64,000 bases of DNA. Source: Candidatus Pelagibacter sp. TMED166 (lineage in GTDB: Bacteria > Pseudomonadota > Alphaproteobacteria > Pelagibacterales > Pelagibacteraceae). The notes below the pieces were generated by a model. The model ran no database searches. It was not told the DNA's origin and worked only from the letters and a program-made list of their open reading frames with translations. Below are positions 51,343-61,083 of this stretch, in pieces. How positions within the stretch are numbered: the first letter of the stretch is position 1; each line of letters starts with the position of its first letter. The position numbers and the translations under genes were made by a program. The stretch is from the NCBI GenBank assembly GCA_002171015.1, contig NHHP01000001.1:4641-68640 (forward strand). Reading direction: 5' to 3'.

Positions 51343-51950
51343 AACAACTAATAGTAGATTATTTGCCGTTTGAAATCAAACCAGAACAAATTAATGAATC
51401 CATGAAGGGTAATAATGGTAAGTTAATTGTTAAGGGTGTTTTACAACGAGCTGAGTCAAAAAATCAAAACGGTAGAATCTACCCGAGGGATATTTTAGTC
51501 AGAGAAGCTAAAAAATACACAGAAGAATTTATAGAACAAAGAAGAGCCATGGGTGAGCTAGACCATCCTGAATCGTCCGTTGTGAATTTACAAAATGTTT
51601 CTCACAATGTCAAGGAAATGCACTTCGAAGGCGATAACTTGATGGGAACCGTCGAGGTTTTAGGAACACCAGCTGGTAACATATTGAAAGAATTATTCAA
51701 AAGTGGTATTAAATTAGGTATCAGTTCTCGTGGAATGGGTTCTGTGGAATCGGTAAACGAGGGTGAAGCACAAGAGGTTCAACCTGATTTCGAACTTATT
51801 GCTTTTGATTTTGTATCCAATCCATCCACACATGGAGCTTTCTTGCATCCAACCAATGAATCAATAAATGAGTCAAAGATAGTTGGTAGAACGTGTGGTG
51901 ATTACTGTAAGGTTGAATCAGTAATAAATGACATCATGAGGGGAAGCTAA
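51339..51950 (+). CDS. prohead core protease (T4 gp21 family)
   Basis: 203 aa (T4 gp21 is about 212 aa). VLQRAESKNQNGRIYPRDIL...AMGELDHPE...NVSHNV...LGISSRGMGS matches conserved gp21-family blocks, including the His and Ser regions. Confidence 0.85.
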   Translation: MKQLIVDYLPFEIKPEQINESMKGNNGKLIVKGVLQRAESKNQNGRIYPRDILVREAKKYTEEFIEQRRAMGELDHPESSVVNLQNVSHNVKEMHFEGDNLMGTVEVLGTPAGNILKELFKSGIKLGISSRGMGSVESVNEGEAQEVQPDFELIAFDFVSNPSTHGAFLHPTNESINESKIVGRTCGDYCKVESVINDIMRGS

Positions 51951-52258
51951 TGAGTTATCTTAATCGAAAAGTTATGAACACTTGGCACGAATTTCGTAAG
52001 ACAACTTGCGAATGTGGTGGTGATTGTTGTTCAGTCAACGAATCCATAGAGGATAAAGCAAGGGCTAAAAAGAAATTTCAGTCTTTAGCGAAACAAGAAG
52101 GTGGGATGAGAGATAAAATGTTTAAGTTGGAACAAGCTTTCTTACGTGACGCCAGACCTGAGAATAGAGAGATTGCAAAACAACTCAAAAAATTATATAA
52201 AGATAATGTTACCAACTTCATGAGAGAAGCTGCTAAACTAACTAAGAAATTAAAATAA
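51950..52258 (+). CDS. hypothetical protein
   Basis: 102-aa ORF, TAATG-coupled at both ends. Confidence 0.55.
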   Translation: MSYLNRKVMNTWHEFRKTTCECGGDCCSVNESIEDKARAKKKFQSLAKQEGGMRDKMFKLEQAFLRDARPENREIAKQLKKLYKDNVTNFMREAAKLTKKLK

Positions 52259-53277
52259 TGCCCTCGTTATCCAAAAAACAACAAAAGTTTATGGGTATTG
52301 TTAGAGCGATACAAAAAGGAGATGCACCGGCATCAAAATTTTCAAAAAAAGCTCGAGACACCGCAAAGAGTATGAAAGGAAAAGACGTGAAGAAATACGC
52401 TTCGACAAAACACAAGGGATTACCAACAAGAGTGAAAAGTGAAAACAAACTTTTTGAAAATCCTGCCGCTATCGCTGCTGGTGTCAGAGCTGCTATGGCA
52501 AGGGCAAAAGAAAAAGAACTTTCCTCAGGTGGTGGTAAAAAGGTAAAAGTCGCAACCGCACTATCTAATAAAAGTCATCCTCAGCATAAAAAGGCAAAAG
52601 GTATAATAGATAGAATTAAAGATAAAGCTAAGGAAATGTTATCCAAAGCAAAAAAGAAAAAAACCGAACCAAAGAAACAATCAAAAGCAGATGCTAGTTT
52701 CTACGCAAGACAATTCGGTGGTCAAGCCGAAAGTATAAGTAATAGATTATTGAAAAAAATTGAGAAAAATAAAGCCACTCGTTTAAAAAAAAAAGTAAAA
52801 AAAATCAGATTAAAAGGTAGAGGTGTCTATCAGGATTACGATGGATTGGAAGGTTTTGGTGGTGAACTCAAAGGTTCTAAAAAGAAAAAATTTGAAGACG
52901 ATAGAAAGAAAAATGGTGAACAGTTAGGATACAAACTAACTGGTAAGAGTGATGCCAATGAATCCGTAAATGAAAGAATGGATAAGAGACAGGCAGGTGA
53001 GACCTTGAAACAGTTGGGTGGTAATCGTTTCATTGCTATGACAGGTGCGAAGAATTTCGCAGTAGGCCCCAAGGGGATGGGGTTCAAGATTGGTAAAAAT
53101 GCCAAAAATGTAAACTATGTAAGAATAGATTTAGATAGAGGTAAAGATTTGTACGATATGTATTTTAACTTTGTGTCCGTAAGGGGTGTGAAGGTGAAAG
53201 CAAAAGTTAAGGGAGTCTATGCAGATGACCTTCGTGGAATGTTCACCAAACATACCGGTATGTATACAAGTTTGTAG
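52258..53277 (+). CDS. lysine-rich basic protein (possible internal head protein)
   Basis: 339 aa. The N-terminus MPSLSKKQQKFMGIVRAIQKG...YASTKHKGLP resembles the DUF3008-type opening. The composition is very K-rich, and the gene lies in the head module. Confidence 0.6.
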   Translation: MPSLSKKQQKFMGIVRAIQKGDAPASKFSKKARDTAKSMKGKDVKKYASTKHKGLPTRVKSENKLFENPAAIAAGVRAAMARAKEKELSSGGGKKVKVATALSNKSHPQHKKAKGIIDRIKDKAKEMLSKAKKKKTEPKKQSKADASFYARQFGGQAESISNRLLKKIEKNKATRLKKKVKKIRLKGRGVYQDYDGLEGFGGELKGSKKKKFEDDRKKNGEQLGYKLTGKSDANESVNERMDKRQAGETLKQLGGNRFIAMTGAKNFAVGPKGMGFKIGKNAKNVNYVRIDLDRGKDLYDMYFNFVSVRGVKVKAKVKGVYADDLRGMFTKHTGMYTSL

Positions 53278-53342
53278 AAAAATTATAATGACTTATATTT
53301 ATAGATATAAAAACATAACCATTTAAAATTAGGAGAGTAAAA

Positions 53343-53822
53343 ATGGCAGGAAAAAATAAAGATGCAATCAGAAATGCTTTAGCACAAGTTGTTAGCTACA
53401 ATGGTGGTAATCAATTTGGTGCAGTCGCAGCTGGTGTTGCAGATGCTATCAAAGACATACCGGTTGTTGACGCAACATCTGGTAACGTAACATTAACGGC
53501 AGACCAATCTGGTGCTTGTGTATTCGCAGGTGGTGGTGCAAGAACAATCACATTACCAGCAGTTGCTGCAGGTATAAACTTCAAAATTGTATCAACAACA
53601 GCACACAATCATATAATTTCTGGTTCCGCAGGAGATTTAACAGGTCTTGTGTATACAGGAATTGATAATACTAACGGTACTACTATTGCTAGAACGAATA
53701 TTACTAATAAATGTGCGATTACGTTAGCAAATGCTAAAATTGGTGAACAGTTGGAGTTGGTATCTGATGGTAGTAAGCATTATATCAAGGGTGACCTAAA
53801 CGATACACCAACAGCTACTTAA
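53343..53822 (+). CDS. hypothetical protein (beta-rich, head module)
   Basis: 159-aa ORF with an AGGAGAG Shine-Dalgarno. TATATTTATAGATAT motif at 53294-53308. Confidence 0.6.
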   Translation: MAGKNKDAIRNALAQVVSYNGGNQFGAVAAGVADAIKDIPVVDATSGNVTLTADQSGACVFAGGGARTITLPAVAAGINFKIVSTTAHNHIISGSAGDLTGLVYTGIDNTNGTTIARTNITNKCAITLANAKIGEQLELVSDGSKHYIKGDLNDTPTAT

Positions 53823-53828
53823 TAAATC

Positions 53829-54482
53829 ATGTCAAAGAAAATCAAGTTAAAGGATTTACTTAAAGAGAACTTTACAGGTTCGATGATGGGTGGTGTTGTC
53901 TCAAGAAACGCCTTTGGTGAAGAAATGAGTCTATCACATATCGTCAAAGAAAAGTATGGTGATATAGATGAAGAGAAAGTTGATGTAAAACAACTTACTA
54001 AGGAAATATCATCTTATAACGGAATTGGTGAAGCTATCTTCGGTAAATCGAATATATCTAAAATATCGGAGAAATTGAGTTGGATTGCTAAATCTGCTAA
54101 ATCACATACTCTCCAAGAAACTGATGATTGGTTTGATAAGATTACGGTCAATCGTAATATGAAAGAATTGACAGGTTTATCAAAACAGTTTGGTAAGATA
54201 GCTCAAGAGTCAAAGTCTTTACAGGAAAGATTAGGTGCTCTGTATGAAGATATGGGTAACATCCTAGGTAGATACTATGATATAGGAGAAACCCACGTCT
54301 ACGGACATGATTCCGATGATGTAGAGACTTACGATATTGAAGAGAATGCATATGAAGAGTTTTTTCAAAAAGCGATGAAAAAGTTTGGTATTAAATCCCC
54401 AGCGGATTTGGGTGATGATGAGAAGAAAAAATTCTTCAACTATGTGGATAAAAACTATAAAGCAGACAACGAGACTGACTAG
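53829..54482 (+). CDS. leader-family protein 9 (MSKKIKLKDLLKE...)
   Basis: 217-aa ORF in the head module carrying the same leader as the 18677-23759 array, with a 3-residue N-terminal extension. Confidence 0.65.
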   Translation: MSKKIKLKDLLKENFTGSMMGGVVSRNAFGEEMSLSHIVKEKYGDIDEEKVDVKQLTKEISSYNGIGEAIFGKSNISKISEKLSWIAKSAKSHTLQETDDWFDKITVNRNMKELTGLSKQFGKIAQESKSLQERLGALYEDMGNILGRYYDIGETHVYGHDSDDVETYDIEENAYEEFFQKAMKKFGIKSPADLGDDEKKKFFNYVDKNYKADNETD

Positions 54483-54490
54483 GAGGATAC

Positions 54491-54676
54491 TTGATTTACG
54501 TAAAGGTTTATAAAAATAATTACGAAAAAGCTATAAGTAAATTTAAGAAAAAGGTTAAAGAGTCTAAGTTATTGGTTGAATTAAGAGAACGAGAGTTCTA
54601 CACTAAGAAATCAACCAAACGTAAAGAAAAAAAGGCGAAAGCTAGACTTAGGCAAAAAAATCATATCGAAAATTAA
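54491..54676 (+). CDS. rpsU: ribosomal protein bS21 homologue
   Basis: TTG start 4 nt after AGGAGG. (M)IYVKVYKNNYEKAISKFKKKVKESKLLVELREREFYTKKSTKRKEKKAKARLRQK aligns along its length with bacterial bS21 (..V.V..N.....A...FK........L.E.R.REFY.KP...RK....A..R). Confidence 0.85.
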   Translation: MIYVKVYKNNYEKAISKFKKKVKESKLLVELREREFYTKKSTKRKEKKAKARLRQKNHIEN

Positions 54677-54805
54677 TTTTCTATATATTTATATATACAA
54701 AAAACAAATACACTACGGTCTTTCCGACCATCTTGTAGTGTAATCATAAATGTAATTCTATTATAGTTCCTAATAACTATATTAATTCCAAATGGAGAAA
54801 TAATA

Positions 54806-55942
54806 ATGGATGATCTTTTAAAAGATGCCATTGCTGATGCTAAAGCTGTTCGTGAAACTGCTTTAGAGAATGCTAAAATTGCACTCGAAGAGGCTTTCAC
54901 TCCTAGACTACAATCTATGCTTTCAAAGAAAATTCAATCGGAAATCGAAGTTGACGAAGGTGAACATGAAGATGACCGTGAAGAAGAAGGTTCAATGAGA
55001 GGCGAAGAAGGTGAGGAGAGAAGCGAAGAAGGTGACGATGTCGAAGAAAGAGCACATGAAGAAGACGATGATGATGTTGAAGAAAGAGCACATGAAGAAG
55101 ACGATGAAGACGATGTCGATGAAGGTATTATCGAAATTGATGGAGTCAAATATGCACCTGTCGTGTCTGAAAAAGAAGACGACGAAGATCCTGAAGAGGG
55201 TATGCATGATGACGAAGACGATGTCGATGAAGACCTTGACCTTGATGAAATCTTGAAAGAACTAGAAGAGGAAGATGTCAATGAAGTCGATGAAATCGAA
55301 GAAGGTGAGCATGAAGACGATGATGATGAAAAGAATGAAGACCTTGATGAAAACGATGTATCTTCTAACATAGGTTCTGGTGATAACAAACTCGATAAAA
55401 AAGCTGGTGATTCTACTGATATTGGTAAAGCCGGTTCAGCTAAATTCGAATCTGTTAAAGAAGGAGCTCATGAAGATGAAGATGAAGACGAAGTCGATGA
55501 AGATATTGACCTTGAAGAGATTGTAAAAGCATTAACAGAAGAGGACGATGAAGAAGAGGAGAAAAATGAAGTATCCAAATTGCAGTCTGACTTGGACGAG
55601 CATCGCAATGTCGTAAAATATCTACGTTCCAAACTCAACGAAGTGAATTTGCTCAACGCAAAACTACTTTTCACAAATAAACTATTTCGTTCTTTCGGTC
55701 TAAATAATGACCAGAAGATGAAAGTTGTGGAAACTTTTGATAGAGCTCATAATCTTCGTGAAGTTAAATTAGTTTATTCTACTTTAGCTGAGTCTTTTGG
55801 AAATAACAAAAAAACTGAAATTAAAGAATTAAAAGGTTCGGCTTCTAAGCCTGTAGCCTCTACTAAGTCTGAAAAACAGGAAGTAATTTCTGAAGGACAT
55901 GAGTTGAGAGACAGATTTAAGAAGTTGGCTGGTATTCTTTAA
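54806..55942 (+). CDS. acidic prohead scaffold protein (T4 gp22 analogue)
   Basis: 378 aa with an extremely E/D-rich central region. It sits between the protease and major capsid genes and has a helical C-terminal region. Confidence 0.65.
   Translation: MDDLLKDAIADAKAVRETALENAKIALEEAFTPRLQSMLSKKIQSEIEVDEGEHEDDREEEGSMRGEEGEERSEEGDDVEERAHEEDDDDVEERAHEEDDEDDVDEGIIEIDGVKYAPVVSEKEDDEDPEEGMHDDEDDVDEDLDLDEILKELEEEDVNEVDEIEEGEHEDDDDEKNEDLDENDVSSNIGSGDNKLDKKAGDSTDIGKAGSAKFESVKEGAHEDEDEDEVDEDIDLEEIVKALTEEDDEEEEKNEVSKLQSDLDEHRNVVKYLRSKLNEVNLLNAKLLFTNKLFRSFGLNNDQKMKVVETFDRAHNLREVKLVYSTLAESFGNNKKTEIKELKGSASKPVASTKSEKQEVISEGHELRDRFKKLAGIL
55043..55114 (+). repeat. 36-nt tandem duplication in scaffold gene (EERAHEEDDDDV / EERAHEEDDEDD)
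   Basis: The first 29 nt of the two units are identical (55043-55071 and 55079-55107). Confidence 0.85.
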
Positions 55943-55962
55943 GACATAATTGGAGAAATTAA

Positions 55963-57615
55963 ATGTCAAATCATAAAAACCTCGGAGCAGTCGAGAAATT
56001 GATGGATGGATATAATCCATACAAGCAACGACAAGAGGAAACTCGTGGTTTAATCAAGAAGTGGGAGCCCACTGGCTTGTTAGAAGGTTTGAGCACAGAA
56101 CAAAAAGTAAGTGGTATGGCAGTACTTCTTGAAAACCAGGCTCGTCAGTTAATCGACGAATCTAGTCACACAGGAACTTCTGCTAACTCTGAAGAATGGT
56201 CTGGTGTTGCACTCCCATTGGTTAGAAAAATCTTTGGTGAATTAGCAGCTCAGGAGTTCGTTAGTGTTCAACCTATGAATCTTCCAAGTGGACTTATCTT
56301 CTATCTTGATTTCAAATACGGAACAGCTCAGGCTGGTTTCGATGATGGTGGCCAAGTGTTTGGTATTACATCTGGTTCAGATGCAAATCCAAATGGTGGT
56401 CTCTATGGTGCTGGTAGGTCAGGATATTCTATCAATGACTTCACCGGTACTGCACAAGCAGTAGCAGCCCTTACTGGTTCAGTAAGCTGGGCTGATGTTG
56501 ATTTTGAACCAGATTTATCTAGTTCATTAGGAAATCTTAAATTCTATGATATTCCTATTTCAACACTTTCAGATCCTGATTTAGAAGGTATTAAAGCATT
56601 TGAAATTACTGGTTCAAGTGCGTTTACTGCTTACTATCCTGCATATAACAAAGTTTTAGATGGTTCAAACGGAAACGAAGTGAATCCATCTGATTCAAGT
56701 CGTTCTCATATACGATTTATCGTAGACGAGGGAAGTATATCCGCAGGTCAGACAGCATCAGTACTGTTTCATAAGCAACCAACAGATGTCACTCGTGGTG
56801 ACTTCGAAGCTTCATCAGCTGGTGTTAGTGCTAATCCTGAAACCGATATTGATATACCAGAAATCGACATATCAATGCGTTCAATCGCTATCGTTGCGAA
56901 AACACGTAAATTGAAAGCAGTATGGACTCCTGAGTTAGCTCAAGACCTTAATGCTTATCATAGTGTAGACGCTGAAGCAGAACTTACTTCACTATTAAGT
57001 GAGTATGTATCTATGGAAATCGACTTAGAAATCCTAGATATGCTTTATCTAAACGCTAATGCGAAGACTGAACGTTGGAGTACAAGAGTTGGATTCGAAT
57101 ACGACCCATCTACTACTCTTTTTGCCGAATCATCTGGTGCATCAAACGCCTATTCTAAGGGTGATTGGTTTCAAACTCTAGGTAACAAGATACAGTCTGT
57201 ATCTAATGCAATACATCAGAAGACCCTACGTGGTGGTGCGAACTTCATCGTAGTAAGTCCTGAAGTTGCAACAATCCTTGAGTCAATACCAGGATATAGT
57301 TCAGATAGTGATGCTGATTCTAGTAAGACTCAGTACGCTATGGGTGTACAGAAGGCAGGTTTAATTAACAATAGATTTACAGTCTATAAGAACCCTTATC
57401 AGTTCGAGAATGTAATCTTGGTAGGTTTCCGTGGAAGTAACTTCCTCGAAACAGGTGCGGTCTACGCTCCATATGTACCGTTAATTATGACTCCTCTTGT
57501 ATACGACCCTAAGAACTTCACTCCACGTAAAGGTGTAATGACACGTTACGCTAAGAAAATCGTGAGACCAGAGTTCTACGGTAAGGTAATCGTTGCTGAT
57601 GTTAACTATGTTTAA
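55963..57615 (+). CDS. major capsid protein (T4 gp23-like)
   Basis: 550 aa (gp23 is 521 aa). AAQEFVSVQPMNLPSGLIFYLDF resembles the conserved gp23-family block. It follows the protease and scaffold genes and has a candidate propeptide cleavage after I64-D65-E66. A strong terminator lies downstream. Confidence 0.8.
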   Translation: MSNHKNLGAVEKLMDGYNPYKQRQEETRGLIKKWEPTGLLEGLSTEQKVSGMAVLLENQARQLIDESSHTGTSANSEEWSGVALPLVRKIFGELAAQEFVSVQPMNLPSGLIFYLDFKYGTAQAGFDDGGQVFGITSGSDANPNGGLYGAGRSGYSINDFTGTAQAVAALTGSVSWADVDFEPDLSSSLGNLKFYDIPISTLSDPDLEGIKAFEITGSSAFTAYYPAYNKVLDGSNGNEVNPSDSSRSHIRFIVDEGSISAGQTASVLFHKQPTDVTRGDFEASSAGVSANPETDIDIPEIDISMRSIAIVAKTRKLKAVWTPELAQDLNAYHSVDAEAELTSLLSEYVSMEIDLEILDMLYLNANAKTERWSTRVGFEYDPSTTLFAESSGASNAYSKGDWFQTLGNKIQSVSNAIHQKTLRGGANFIVVSPEVATILESIPGYSSDSDADSSKTQYAMGVQKAGLINNRFTVYKNPYQFENVILVGFRGSNFLETGAVYAPYVPLIMTPLVYDPKNFTPRKGVMTRYAKKIVRPEFYGKVIVADVNYV

Positions 57616-57646
57616 TATTAGTTGAGATAGTACTTAGGTACAATAT

Positions 57647-57677
57647 AAAAAGGGGAAGTCTAACTTCCCCTTTTTTT
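57647..57677 (+). terminator. rho-independent terminator after major capsid gene
   Basis: AAAAA-GGGGAAGT-cta-ACTTCCCC-TTTTTTT: an 8-bp GC-rich stem (57652-57659 / 57663-57670) followed by a T7 run. The flanking A and T runs can extend the stem. Confidence 0.85.
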
Positions 57678-57685
57678 ATGCTCTT

Positions 57686-57709
57686 AATATTTATTAATGA
57701 ATAAATGTA
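57686..57709. promoter_or_regulatory. imperfect palindrome AATATTTATT-AATG-AATAAATGTA, copy 3 of conserved motif (candidate late promoter)
   Basis: Located 20 nt upstream of the ATG at 57730, followed by an AGGAG Shine-Dalgarno. The core ATTTATnnATGAATAA is identical to copy 2. Confidence 0.35.
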
Positions 57710-57729
57710 ATTAATTTTAGGAGATTTTC

Positions 57730-58893
57730 ATGGCACAAGAAGCAATTTGGCCAGGTAGTAGTTCATTTGCCGTCGGAGAAACACCTTATGGTTTCTACGA
57801 TACCGATACTGATTTTTCAGGTTCAAGCGTTCATTCAGTCGATAGGTTCGCTGATTGGGCGGCGAGAAGACTAGGTTTTCCAATTATGTCGGTTGAATTA
57901 CAAGAAGGGCAATTCTATGCCTGTTACGAGGAATCAATTACAGAATATTCAGCTCAAGTCAATCAATTCAATATAAAAGATAATTTATTACATCTAACAG
58001 GTCAAGCTACTGGTTCTAATGTGACCCACAAAAAAGTAACACCGACACTCGGTAGAACCGTAACATTGTCAAAACAATACGGTACAGAGGCGATGGTTGG
58101 TGGAAATGTTGATATAAAAAAAGGTTCTATCAACGTGACGAGTGGTAGTCAAGAATATGACTTGAATAAATTATTTGTAGATGGTAGTACAAGTGGTTCG
58201 ATTGAAGTAAAAAGAGTTTATTACGAAGCCACACCAGCAATGCAAAGGTTTTTCGACCCTTATGCAACGACCGGTTATGGGACTATTAATATGGTATCAG
58301 GTTTTGGATTTGGTAACTATTCACCAGCGGTGTCGTTTACATTGATGCCATTATTTGAAGACCTACTGAGGGTTCAAGCCATTGAGTTGAACGATTCAAT
58401 TAGAAAATCTGCTTATACTTTTTCTTTAGTCAATAATAAGCTGAGAATATTTCCAGATCCAGAAGAGGACAGAACCGTCTTTTTTGATTATGTGGTAACT
58501 AGTGAACGAGATAATCCGTTAATTACAGAGTATAGTGGTTCTGCAGATGTTGTATCTGATTTCTCAAATGTTCCTTATGACAACATGGAGTTCAAATTTA
58601 TAAACGATGTTGGTAAACAATGGATTAAAAAATATGGTTTAGCTCTTTGTAAAGAACTATTGGGTATAATACGAGGTAAGTATGGTACAATACCGATACC
58701 TAACTCAGACACAACTTTGGATGGTGATACCCTCAGAGCCGAAGCTTCCGCTGAAAAGGAAACACTAGTCACACAACTCAGAGAAATGTTAGAACAAACG
58801 AGTCGAAAAGCACTTTTAGAAGCAGATAAGGATGAAGCTGAATTTTTACAAGAAAAATTACAAAAAGTTCCATATCCAATTTACATAGGATAA
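57730..58893 (+). CDS. hypothetical virion protein
   Basis: 387-aa ORF immediately after the capsid terminator/promoter region. No motif recognised. Confidence 0.65.
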   Translation: MAQEAIWPGSSSFAVGETPYGFYDTDTDFSGSSVHSVDRFADWAARRLGFPIMSVELQEGQFYACYEESITEYSAQVNQFNIKDNLLHLTGQATGSNVTHKKVTPTLGRTVTLSKQYGTEAMVGGNVDIKKGSINVTSGSQEYDLNKLFVDGSTSGSIEVKRVYYEATPAMQRFFDPYATTGYGTINMVSGFGFGNYSPAVSFTLMPLFEDLLRVQAIELNDSIRKSAYTFSLVNNKLRIFPDPEEDRTVFFDYVVTSERDNPLITEYSGSADVVSDFSNVPYDNMEFKFINDVGKQWIKKYGLALCKELLGIIRGKYGTIPIPNSDTTLDGDTLRAEASAEKETLVTQLREMLEQTSRKALLEADKDEAEFLQEKLQKVPYPIYIG

Positions 58894-58897
58894 AATA

Positions 58898-59383
58898 ATG
58901 CCAAGTCGTTTTTATTCACAAAAAGACATCGACACCTTTGATAAATTCAACAAAGAATTAGTCGGTAATTTATCTACTGAACAAGATGGTATAATAAATC
59001 AACCAGTCATTATCTACAAGGTATCGGTGACCGATACAGAAGTCAATATGTATGGTGAGACATCACAAGGAAAGGTTTTCAAACCAGGTGTTCAGATTAC
59101 CGCATTGGTAAATGCCGAAGACCAAACAACAACGACAGATGAATTCGGACCTGATTTACAACAAAACGCTGAATTTTCATTCGTAAGACAATCATTGGTT
59201 GATATAAATTTTGTCGTTGAAATAGGAGATGTGATTAATTGGAACAGCGGATATTGGGAAATATCTTCGATAAGTGAAAATCAATTAGTTGGTGGACAGA
59301 CAGACTTTAATCATTCTGTGGTTTGTAACACATATCTAATCAGAATATCACATTTAAATATCGAAAGAGTTAGGAGTATTTAA
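58898..59383 (+). CDS. hypothetical protein
   Basis: 161-aa ORF, TAATG-coupled to the next gene. Confidence 0.6.
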   Translation: MPSRFYSQKDIDTFDKFNKELVGNLSTEQDGIINQPVIIYKVSVTDTEVNMYGETSQGKVFKPGVQITALVNAEDQTTTTDEFGPDLQQNAEFSFVRQSLVDINFVVEIGDVINWNSGYWEISSISENQLVGGQTDFNHSVVCNTYLIRISHLNIERVRSI

Positions 59384-61080
59384 TGGCAGGTACAAGGACG
59401 ACATCAGGTAAACCTTTACCAAGAAAACAAAGAGTACTGAATAGAGGATATCTATATACGAGAAAAGATGAAAAAGTAAAGAATCCTGAAGTAACTCTGA
59501 TGGATATGGACAGTGCGATAGTTTCGTACTTCGATGAGGTTATTCAACCATCGGTAGATGACAACGGAGAAAACACGAAAGTACCGATAATGTACGCATC
59601 ACCTGAGAGGTGGAAAGCAATAAAACGTGACGGTTTTATACGTGATAAAAAAAGACAAATTATTACGCCAGTTATCGTGTATAGAAGAACAAGTATTGAG
59701 AAAGACCAAAGTATACCACAAGATAAGTTGGATGCTAATAATCCTAACATTTTCTATACTTTTGAAAAGAAGTTTTCCCAAGAAAATAGATATGATAATT
59801 TTTCTCAACAAATAGGGTTATTACCACAAAAAGAATATTATAATGTGATGTTACCCGATTATGTTACATTGCAATATGATTTTATTATTTGGACTTCCTA
59901 CATAGAACAAATGAATAAAATAGTTGAGAGAGTTGTTTACTCCGATGGTGCTTATTGGGGTCATCCTGATAAGATGAGATTCAGAACAAGTATAGATACA
60001 TTTACGGACGCGACAGAAGTTAGTGACACCGAGAGAATAGTCAGAACTAATTTTACCGTAACTCTCAGAGGTTATTTATTACCCAAAGGTAACTTTGACC
60101 ATAGGTCTACGACTCAAAAATTTTTAACACCGAAGAAATTAATTTTTGGTGCAGAGACAGATGTTGCAGTCACTAATAATGTAGGGATTGCTGGTCAGTT
60201 TACTGGTGAAGCACCAGACGACGTTAGTGTTTTCAGTAAACCAGCAGAAGGAGATTTGGGTGTATCGACCGCGAATCCAATAGTTTTCAATCAAGGGACT
60301 GGTGTGACTTTAACACCAGATGGAATTGAGTTCGATGGTGGTAGTAGGGTCGATTTGACAATCGCAATAGGTCAACCGGTTGAAACAACATCAAACGTAG
60401 TGTTCAATGCGGTATCGGCCAGTTCGTTGGTTCTCGGTAGTACAACATTCAAAGACCAGCAGATTACAGGTAGTCAATCAATTCTAGGTTCGTTGACAAC
60501 CACAGGTGATTTAACAATCAATAGCGATACAACGGTCAACGGAACACTAACCGTAAGAGAACTTCATACCGAATTTGTTTCAGCATCTATCATTTTCGCT
60601 AGTGGTTCAACAATCTTTGGTGACACGGCAGATGACACCCATCAATTCAGCGGTAGTGTTCAGATGTCTGGTTCTCTATCCTTAAACAACTATGAGGTGA
60701 CGGAGATATCAAACGACACAGGTTTATCAGACAATAGTGCCACAGCTTTGGTTACTGAAAACGCGGTCAGAGGATACGTTAGTGACCAAGTATCCACTCC
60801 TAACACTTATTTGAGAAAACAATTTTTCAAAACATCAACATCAATAACTGCTCCATCGACCGCTAGTTTTACCGCCGTTACCGCATCAGCACCTACGGGT
60901 CTAACTGCTACATCGAAAAATGACTTTGTATTTTTTATAAACGGACAGTACATGGAACATGATGCGTTATCAATTCAACAGGCTGCGTCAACATTTTTAC
61001 TAAAGGTTGATAACGATAGTATAGGTTATGAACTAGAATCCGATGATGAAATATTAGCAATCGGTAAATTCAACTCATAG
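59383..61080 (+). CDS. virion protein: globular N-terminal domain + fibre-like C-terminal region (paralogue of 61084 ORF)
   Basis: 565 aa. The C-terminal 230 aa (TGDLTINSDTTVNGTLTV...SGSLSLNNYEVTEISNDTGLSDNSA...FTAVTASAPTGLTATSKNDFVFFINGQ...AIGKFNS) are collinear with the next ORF. Confidence 0.65.
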   Translation: MAGTRTTSGKPLPRKQRVLNRGYLYTRKDEKVKNPEVTLMDMDSAIVSYFDEVIQPSVDDNGENTKVPIMYASPERWKAIKRDGFIRDKKRQIITPVIVYRRTSIEKDQSIPQDKLDANNPNIFYTFEKKFSQENRYDNFSQQIGLLPQKEYYNVMLPDYVTLQYDFIIWTSYIEQMNKIVERVVYSDGAYWGHPDKMRFRTSIDTFTDATEVSDTERIVRTNFTVTLRGYLLPKGNFDHRSTTQKFLTPKKLIFGAETDVAVTNNVGIAGQFTGEAPDDVSVFSKPAEGDLGVSTANPIVFNQGTGVTLTPDGIEFDGGSRVDLTIAIGQPVETTSNVVFNAVSASSLVLGSTTFKDQQITGSQSILGSLTTTGDLTINSDTTVNGTLTVRELHTEFVSASIIFASGSTIFGDTADDTHQFSGSVQMSGSLSLNNYEVTEISNDTGLSDNSATALVTENAVRGYVSDQVSTPNTYLRKQFFKTSTSITAPSTASFTAVTASAPTGLTATSKNDFVFFINGQYMEHDALSIQQAASTFLLKVDNDSIGYELESDDEILAIGKFNS

Positions 61081-61083
61081 ATT

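Noticed and set aside
54710-54741. Interrupted hairpin ACACTAC-GGTC-tttcc-GACC-atctt-GTAGTGT in the 129-nt spacer after the bS21 gene, considered as a terminator or small RNA.
   Set aside because: It has 7+4 bp with a 5-nt bulge and no downstream T-run, so it is not a convincing intrinsic terminator. There is not enough evidence for an ncRNA, though it could be a processing or regulatory structure.
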